NCBI GenBank assembly: GCA_964453345.1 | Contig: CAYVOC010000008.1 | Coordinates: 1-23,914 of the forward strand | Direction of reading: 5' to 3' | Length of the DNA stretch: 23,914 nucleotides | DNA from: an uncultured Aquificales bacterium | GTDB lineage: Bacteria > Thermosulfidibacterota > Thermosulfidibacteria > Thermosulfidibacterales > Thermosulfidibacteraceae | Shown: positions 18,170-23,914 of the stretch, piece by piece | Position numbering within the stretch: position 1 is the first letter of the stretch | How the letters are laid out: each line of letters starts with the position of its first letter | Position numbers and translations under genes: made by a program | Notes under the pieces: model-generated | Told to the model about the DNA's origin: nothing | Seen by the model: the letters and a program-made list of their open reading frames with translations, nothing else | Database searches by the model: none

Positions 18170-19787
18170 AGGGGCCTGGGAAGAAATCGGCGAGGCCTTC
18201 GGAAAACACCTGAACCACCAGGCACGAAGATCCATAGAATACATGCTCTCTGGAAGCAGGCGAATCGCAAGCCACGCCGCCCCGGACAGCCCTCTGAAAA
18301 GGCTCCTCTTCTCGGCGGGGCTGGAACTTCTCTTCAGGCTGAAGGCGTTCAGGCCGGCGGATGAAAGGGAAGAGAGTTTTTTCAAGGGTTTTGAGAAAAG
18401 CTCCGGATACGGATTTCGAAAGGTCCTCTCCTACTTCTACGCCCCCGATGCATCCAGCTACGTAATGTCCTTGGCAGACAGAATCCTCAAAAGAAGCACC
18501 CCGCCTGTTCTCCTCGGATGCAGCAGCTTTGTAGCGCTTCCCGGCACCACCAAGGATGGAACAACCATACATGCAAGGAACCTCGACTATATAGGCGGAA
18601 AATACTGGGAAAAGGGGCACTGCATAGCCGTTCTAAGGCCCAGGGGGGAGCTGGCCAGCGTTAATGTGATAAGCTCCGGCGTATTCTGTCCGGGCATAAC
18701 CGCCGTAAATGAGGAGGGAATAGGCATCAGCCTGCACATGAACTTTACCAGGGATGTGGGTTTCAAAAATCGCCCCATCACCTCCACGGTCCTTGAAATA
18801 ACAAGCAAAGCCAGAAAACTTGCGGATGCCATAGAGATAGCCAGAAAAAATCCCCCAATGGGAGGATGGACGATCGTAGTATCAAGCGCAAAGGAGGGTG
18901 ATGCCGTCGCCATCGAAATGTCATCCTCCAAAACAGACATAATCCACCCGGACAACAGCCTCATATACTACACCAACGCCTACCTATCCCCTGCAATGAG
19001 AAACGCAGAATACGCTCCATCCTATATATGGGTGGAAAACAACCACGCAAGGCTCTCCAGACTGAAGGAGCTGCTCTTCAGGAATCTGGGGAACATATCG
19101 CCCCAAGTGGCTGCAGAAATCCTTTCCGACACCCTCGATCCCACCATCGAAAGGGAAACAGCCCTCGGACACACCATCTCAAACGCGACAAACATATCAT
19201 CGGCTATCTTCAACTATGAAGGGGATGAAATCTGGGTTTCTGATTCCCCTGTTCCCGCAAACAGAGGGAGCTTCAAGGGATACAAAATATCATCTCTGCT
19301 GTCCGGAAAACCCGAACCCATCGGGGAAATAAGGGGGAAGAGACTTTCAGAGCACAAGGAAAGAGCCTTCAGAAGCTTCGTGGAAGCCTGCTTCGAATGG
19401 GAGGAAAGCGCATCTCCCCGCAAGGCCTACGGCCATCTGCTTCTGGCAGCGGAAACGGATCCAGATGAACCCCTATACCTTTTCAACCTTGCCCTGATGC
19501 TTGCAAAGATGGGAGAATATAAACAATCTCTTTCCGTGCTGAAACAACTCTACGAAGAAGCAGACCTCAACCCCACACGAAGGGCGCAAATAACCCTGTG
19601 GTATGCAAGGCTCAGCGACGTGTGCTCCCTAAGGGAGAAGGCCCTCGAACTTTACAGAGAAGTGATAAGGATGAGGGCGCCCATAGATCTACTAAAAAGA
19701 GCGGAAAAAGGGTTGCAAAAACCCTTCTCTCCGAAGGAACTGAGAAAGGTGGACATTCTGCCCTTCATTGCCGACATCATAGAGTAG
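18150..19787 (+). CDS. C45-family Ntn hydrolase/acyltransferase with a C-terminal TPR-like domain
   Basis: G|CSSF autoprocessing-like site (Cys codon at 18519), HARNLDY, TAVNEEGI and YTNAY motifs. TPR-like helices include DPDEPLYLFNLALMLAKMGEYKQSL. ATG at 18150 overlaps the end of the DGC gene. Confidence 0.75.
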   Translation: MKILLLEGAWEEIGEAFGKHLNHQARRSIEYMLSGSRRIASHAAPDSPLKRLLFSAGLELLFRLKAFRPADEREESFFKGFEKSSGYGFRKVLSYFYAPDASSYVMSLADRILKRSTPPVLLGCSSFVALPGTTKDGTTIHARNLDYIGGKYWEKGHCIAVLRPRGELASVNVISSGVFCPGITAVNEEGIGISLHMNFTRDVGFKNRPITSTVLEITSKARKLADAIEIARKNPPMGGWTIVVSSAKEGDAVAIEMSSSKTDIIHPDNSLIYYTNAYLSPAMRNAEYAPSYIWVENNHARLSRLKELLFRNLGNISPQVAAEILSDTLDPTIERETALGHTISNATNISSAIFNYEGDEIWVSDSPVPANRGSFKGYKISSLLSGKPEPIGEIRGKRLSEHKERAFRSFVEACFEWEESASPRKAYGHLLLAAETDPDEPLYLFNLALMLAKMGEYKQSLSVLKQLYEEADLNPTRRAQITLWYARLSDVCSLREKALELYREVIRMRAPIDLLKRAEKGLQKPFSPKELRKVDILPFIADIIE

Positions 19788-20624
19788 CTAAAGAAGTTCG
19801 TAGGCATCGGATTCCAGAAATTCTCTTACAAACCTGTTGTGCAGAGAATGGCCACTCTTATAAGCCCTTATTCCCCCAAGGATCAGATACCCGGAGAGGG
19901 CAAAATCGCCCAGAAGATCCAGAACCTTGTGTCTCACAGGCTCATCCTCAAACCTGGGCGGACCGTTCAAGATGCCGTCTTTGCCAACCACCACCACATT
20001 CCTGTAGTTTCCTCCCCTACCGAGCCCGCTTCTGAGCAACTGGGCTATCTGTTCGTAGAAGCAGTAGGTCCTGGCAGGCGCCACATTCTCAACATAACTC
20101 TCTTTATCAAACTCCAGCGAAACGGACTGATAGCTCAAATAGGGGTGCTGATAGCTTATGGCGCATTCCAGAAGGGTCCTATCCCCATCAACCGGAAAGA
20201 CCTCCACAAAGGCATCCCCCTCCTGAACCTTGAAGGACTTGGTAACCCTCAATACTTTCCGGGGCCTTTCTATCTCCTCCACGCCCACCTCTTCTATGAG
20301 CCTGACGAAATCCAGAGCGCTCCCATCCATAATGGGGATCTCCTCCCCCTCAACCTCAACAACAACATCCGTTATCCCGCACCCGTAAAGGGCGGACATC
20401 AAATGCTCCACGGTCCTAACCTTCTCAGCCCCGTCGCCCAGAACCGTGGCGTATCTAACATCCACCACATTGGAGGGCGATGCCTTGATCTCAGCCTTCC
20501 CCTTTTTAAAGATCACCGCCCCCCCATCGTTCACGGCGGGATGCAAAACCACCCTTGAAAACTTGCCCGTGTGTATGCCAAAACCCTCTATCTCGACCTT
20601 ATCCCTTACTGTTTTCCTGTTCAT
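19788..20624 (-). CDS. lpxC: UDP-3-O-acyl-N-acetylglucosamine deacetylase
   Basis: GIHTG, TVEHLMSAL, EIPIMDGSA, APARTY, RHKVLDLLGD and SGHSLH motifs. Confidence 0.96.
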   Translation of the reverse strand: MNRKTVRDKVEIEGFGIHTGKFSRVVLHPAVNDGGAVIFKKGKAEIKASPSNVVDVRYATVLGDGAEKVRTVEHLMSALYGCGITDVVVEVEGEEIPIMDGSALDFVRLIEEVGVEEIERPRKVLRVTKSFKVQEGDAFVEVFPVDGDRTLLECAISYQHPYLSYQSVSLEFDKESYVENVAPARTYCFYEQIAQLLRSGLGRGGNYRNVVVVGKDGILNGPPRFEDEPVRHKVLDLLGDFALSGYLILGGIRAYKSGHSLHNRFVREFLESDAYELL

Positions 20625-20642
20625 CCCTTCCCTCCCTCTTTC

Positions 20643-20671
20643 AGGCTAAGTAAAAAGATGGAGGCGGTCAA
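20643..20671 (-). promoter_or_regulatory. putative sigma70 promoter of lpxC
   Basis: Minus-strand TTGACC (20666-20671), 17-nt spacer, TAGCCT (20643-20648), then a GGAGGG Shine-Dalgarno before the ATG. Confidence 0.55.
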
Positions 20672-20714
20672 TGTGAAAAGAAGTCCAAACCCGCCAAGGA
20701 TATGTGTTCACTTT

Positions 20715-20743
20715 TTGACACACTTGTCCTGAGTGGGTTTAAT
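20715..20743 (+). promoter_or_regulatory. putative sigma70 promoter of the nitrilase-pilM-atuA operon
   Basis: TTGACA (20715-20720), 17-nt spacer, TTTAAT (20738-20743). Confidence 0.6.
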
Positions 20744-20760
20744 ACTGTAATCTGTCAGGC

Positions 20761-21522
20761 ATGAAGGTAAAGATAGGATTTATCCAGAGCCCCCTCCAAA
20801 AGGATAGGGGGAAGATGATTCAGGACCTCATAGAGGAGGCCATAGAGAAAAACTGTGATATTGTGGCCCTTCCGGAGATGTGGCTAACCGGATTCAGCTT
20901 CACAGAAGAGGATGAGAAAAAGGCAGCTGAATTCCTCCATCGGGTAAGGGAACTGAGCCGCAGGGCAGACACCCTCATAATTCCGGGAACCCTTCCGGAA
21001 AGGGAACAGGGAAGGCTCTACAACACCGCATACGCCATACACAGAGGCGGGATCGTCCACAAAAGGAGAAAGCTTTTCCTCTTCGAACCCATGGGAGAGA
21101 GTGAGATCTTCTCCCCCGGAGATCCCCCCGGCGCCTTTCAGTTCAAATCGCTGAGGATCGCCATAGCCATATGCTATGAGCTCAGGTTCCCTGCGATATT
21201 TGACCGAATCATACGAAGCAAAGCGGATCTGATCATCATACCGGCCCAGTGGCCCAACACAAGGGAAGAACACTGGAGAACCCTGCTCAGGGCAAGGGCA
21301 CTGGAAACCCAGGCCTTTGTTGTGGGGATAAACGTGGTTGGCAAGACAAAAAAACTATCCTTTTCCGGATTCTCAGCAGTTATACATCCCCTCGGCTATC
21401 CAATTATTGAGGCCTCCCATACTGAAGGGCTTTTCATATGCGATATTGAAACAGAAGAGGCAAAGCCCTACAGAGAGCAGGTTCCGGTCATAAGGGATAC
21501 TATCACCCATGGGAATATTTGA
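20761..21522 (+). CDS. carbon-nitrogen hydrolase (nitrilase superfamily; omega-amidase/YafV-like)
   Basis: Glu-Lys-Cys triad in LPEMW, RRKLFLF and ICYELRFP; also PAQWP and HWRTLLRARALE. Confidence 0.88.
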   Translation: MKVKIGFIQSPLQKDRGKMIQDLIEEAIEKNCDIVALPEMWLTGFSFTEEDEKKAAEFLHRVRELSRRADTLIIPGTLPEREQGRLYNTAYAIHRGGIVHKRRKLFLFEPMGESEIFSPGDPPGAFQFKSLRIAIAICYELRFPAIFDRIIRSKADLIIIPAQWPNTREEHWRTLLRARALETQAFVVGINVVGKTKKLSFSGFSAVIHPLGYPIIEASHTEGLFICDIETEEAKPYREQVPVIRDTITHGNI

Positions 21523-22552
21523 CATTTTCAAACGAAAGGAAAAACTCGGCATAGGCATAGACATAGGCAGCACGGGGATAAAGATCGCCATAACCACCCC
21601 CACAAAGTCCGGAGGATACAGGATAAAAAACATCATACACAGGAGCCTTCCACCGGGGGTGGTGGACAAGGGAAACATACTCGATCCCGAAAGGCTCATA
21701 AGCGCCCTTAAAAGTGTAAAGGGCAAGATCCCCTCCGGAACCGTTTCCTACGCCTTCTCCCCCTACAAAACCACCCTCTTCTCCTTCAGACTCATAAAGG
21801 AAGTGAAAGAGATAGATAAGGCGGTTTACAAGGAGCTAAGCTACAGGATTCCCCTGCCACTGTCGGAGCTTTCCGTCGATTACGACTACATAACCAAGGA
21901 AGACGGAACGAAAATCGTAACCGTAATTGTGGGCAAAAAGAAGAGCATAGAGGATGTGGTGGGCCTTATGGAAGAAGCGGGGATCAAGGTGGACAGTGTA
22001 ACAAGCTCATACACGGCCATAGCAAACGTTGCCCTTCTGGGATTTGCAGACATACTCGGGAAAGCCTGCGGAATGATAGTTGATATGGGACACTCCATGT
22101 GCTGCTGCGTATGCATAAACAGCGGTATTTTAACCCACGGCGGGTGCATAGAGGATGGGACCCGCCTAATAGAGGAGGTGGTTGCAAACAACCTGTCTGC
22201 TCCCCTGGAAGAGGTCAGGGAAAAGATCCTGAGCTGCGACGTCCCTTCAGAGCTGCTGGATCAGGCCCTCTTCAGGTTCTTTGACAGAATACTTGGGGAG
22301 ATAGACGCATACTCAACCCTGTGCCAGAGCGAAACCCCGGTCCCCTGCGAGGAATTTCACATCATAGGCACAGGAGGGGGATCAGCCGTGTGCGAGATGT
22401 GCGAAAGGATATCCCTGCACATGGGCAAGCCCTATCCAGTGAAGATACTGGATCCTCTCAGCATCTTCGAAATGGATCCTAACGTCATGGAAAGGCTTGA
22501 AAGGCTCGGTTCCACAAGATTCACGGTGGCATTGGGGGCGAGTCTGATATGA
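21509..22552 (+). CDS. PilM-like actin-fold protein (type IV pilus assembly family), divergent and Cys-rich
   Basis: IGIDIGSTGIK (phosphate 1), LPPGVVDKG.I.D, IP....E.SVDY, EAGIK, VDMG (phosphate 2), TGGGS (adenosine) and C-terminal VALGA. Confidence 0.75.
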   Translation: MGIFDIFKRKEKLGIGIDIGSTGIKIAITTPTKSGGYRIKNIIHRSLPPGVVDKGNILDPERLISALKSVKGKIPSGTVSYAFSPYKTTLFSFRLIKEVKEIDKAVYKELSYRIPLPLSELSVDYDYITKEDGTKIVTVIVGKKKSIEDVVGLMEEAGIKVDSVTSSYTAIANVALLGFADILGKACGMIVDMGHSMCCCVCINSGILTHGGCIEDGTRLIEEVVANNLSAPLEEVREKILSCDVPSELLDQALFRFFDRILGEIDAYSTLCQSETPVPCEEFHIIGTGGGSAVCEMCERISLHMGKPYPVKILDPLSIFEMDPNVMERLERLGSTRFTVALGASLI

Positions 22553-23841
22553 AACTCACGCTGTTTGCTCCACAGGGAATGCTTGGATACGGGTATCCTG
22601 CCGAATCCTTCGAGAGGGGATTGTCCTTTGAGCCGGACATGATCGGCGTTGACGCCGGATCAACCGACGCAGGCCCCTACAGACTGGGATCAGGAAGGCC
22701 AACCGTATCGGAAGAGGCGGTTTACAAGGATCTAAAGCCCATGGTGATTGCAGCCCTGAACAGAAGAATACCACTGATCGTGGGATCCGCAGGAGGGGCA
22801 GGGGCAAGGCCCCATGTGGAGTGGGTTCTGGAAATACTAAAAAAGATCCTCAAAGAAGAAAAGCTCAGCGCCAGGGTGGGAATAATACTTTCGGATGTTG
22901 ACAAAGGCTGGCTGAAAGACAGACTGCGCCAGGGCAGGGTAAAACCCCTCGGCCCCGTAAAGCAGCTCTCTGAAGAGGAGATAGATGCAGCTGCAAACAT
23001 AGTGGCCGTAATGGGCATAGATCCTTATATAGAAGCCCTTGAGAGGGGATGTCAGATAATAATTGCAGGAAGATCCAACGATCCCGCCATATTCGCATCC
23101 TTCGCCATACACAGAGGCGCCCAATACGGCTTTGCCTTTCACGCGGGCAAGATCCTTGAGTGTGGAGCCATAGCCTCCATTCCGGGAACCGCATCCGACG
23201 GTATAGTGGCCATAATAGAAAAAGACTGTTTCCACGTGGAGCCTGCAAGCCAAAAGAGGCGCTGCACCAAGCTCTCGGTTGCAGCCCACAGCCTTTACGA
23301 AAAGGAGCACCCCTACCTCATACCCGGCCCGGAAGGGATATTGAACATAAAAGAAGCAAAGTTTTTGCAGGAGACCGAAAGAAGGGTGAGGGTTGAGGGA
23401 TCGGCCTTTGAACACGCATCGGAAAGATGGATAAAGATAGAGGGGGCAAAGGCTGCAGGATACAGAAGCATCTTCATAGCCTTCATCAAGGATCCCATCG
23501 CCATAGAGGCATACCCCGAATGGTCCAGGGCGGTCGTGGACGCAGCCAAGGACTACTTTGGTGAAGATCACAGAATCATCATCCACTTCAAGGGAGAAAA
23601 AGAGGCCACACTAATCCTTGAGGCCATAGCCGAAAGTCAAGAAAAAGCCCAGGCCATCTGCTCATGGGCAAGATCCTATCTCATGCACTACCACTACACG
23701 GGGAGAAAATCCACCTCCGGCAACCTTGCCATCCCCTTCTCACCCTTCGACATTCCCATGGGCAGGGTTTACGAATTCAACATCCATCATCTCGTCAGGG
23801 AAGAGCCAGGAATATTCACCCTGAACATAGAGAAAATGTGA
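22549..23841 (+). CDS. AtuA-like / DUF1446-like protein of unknown function
   Basis: GMLGYG.P..F..G, DAGSTDAGPY.LGSG, GSAGGAG, AGRSNDPA, HAGKILECGA and SVAAHSLYEK motifs. ATGA overlap with the pilM-like gene. Confidence 0.7.
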   Translation: MKLTLFAPQGMLGYGYPAESFERGLSFEPDMIGVDAGSTDAGPYRLGSGRPTVSEEAVYKDLKPMVIAALNRRIPLIVGSAGGAGARPHVEWVLEILKKILKEEKLSARVGIILSDVDKGWLKDRLRQGRVKPLGPVKQLSEEEIDAAANIVAVMGIDPYIEALERGCQIIIAGRSNDPAIFASFAIHRGAQYGFAFHAGKILECGAIASIPGTASDGIVAIIEKDCFHVEPASQKRRCTKLSVAAHSLYEKEHPYLIPGPEGILNIKEAKFLQETERRVRVEGSAFEHASERWIKIEGAKAAGYRSIFIAFIKDPIAIEAYPEWSRAVVDAAKDYFGEDHRIIIHFKGEKEATLILEAIAESQEKAQAICSWARSYLMHYHYTGRKSTSGNLAIPFSPFDIPMGRVYEFNIHHLVREEPGIFTLNIEKM

Positions 23842-23864
23842 GAGGGGAAAGCAAGCCCCTCTCA
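23839..23864. terminator. hairpin between convergent stop codons
   Basis: TGAGAGGGG-aaagcaag-CCCCTCTCA, a 9-bp perfect stem whose two ends are the two TGA stop codons. No clear U tract. Confidence 0.5.
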
Positions 23865-23914
23865 AGCCTTCGTATTCACGAAGAAGGTGAGGACCTCAAG
23901 CTCAACTCCCAGAT
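23862..23914 (-). CDS. probable 3' end of a minus-strand gene entering from beyond the window (...LGVELEVLTFFVNTKA*)
   Basis: Open frame from the window edge to TGA at 23862-23864, with codon style like the other minus-strand genes. Too short to identify. Confidence 0.4.
   Translation of the reverse strand, partial: LGVELEVLTFFVNTKA

Noticed and set aside
19839-20558. 239-aa ORF antisense to lpxC, and similar shadows at 3634-4260, 4272-5024, 13701-14432 and 22837-23586
   Set aside because: They overlap well-supported genes on the opposite strand and show no motifs or translation signals.
21509-22552. Calling the actin-fold gene ftsA
   Set aside because: Its motifs (LPPG..G.I.D, IP....E..VDY, EAGIK, terminal VALG) and 347-aa length fit PilM, and it lacks the FtsA C-terminal amphipathic tail.

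Overview
A gene-dense bacterial chromosomal window. lpxC implies an LPS-producing diderm, and the AGG/AGA-Arg and ATA-Ile codon habits look thermophile-like, but the taxon cannot be fixed from the sequence. In order it contains: mtaB (+); a minus-strand, heavily trimmed dcw cluster (murF-mraY-murD-murG-murC-murB-ddl-ftsZ) ending in an uncharacterised radical SAM gene; a stand-alone leuA (+); an ApgM/iPGM-like gene (-) that has lost most catalytic residues; glyQ-CNNM/CBS-GGDEF-C45/TPR (+); lpxC (-); and a nitrilase / orphan Cys-rich PilM-like / AtuA(DUF1446)-like operon (+). The best signal not in the ORF track lies upstream of leuA. It is a 25-codon Leu-rich leader peptide (12018-12095) followed by five mutually exclusive pairing segments that end in an intrinsic terminator, which reads as a ribosome-mediated leucine attenuator. 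I saw no tRNA, rRNA, CRISPR array or mobile element. All calls come from motif reading by eye; no searches or folding programs were run.
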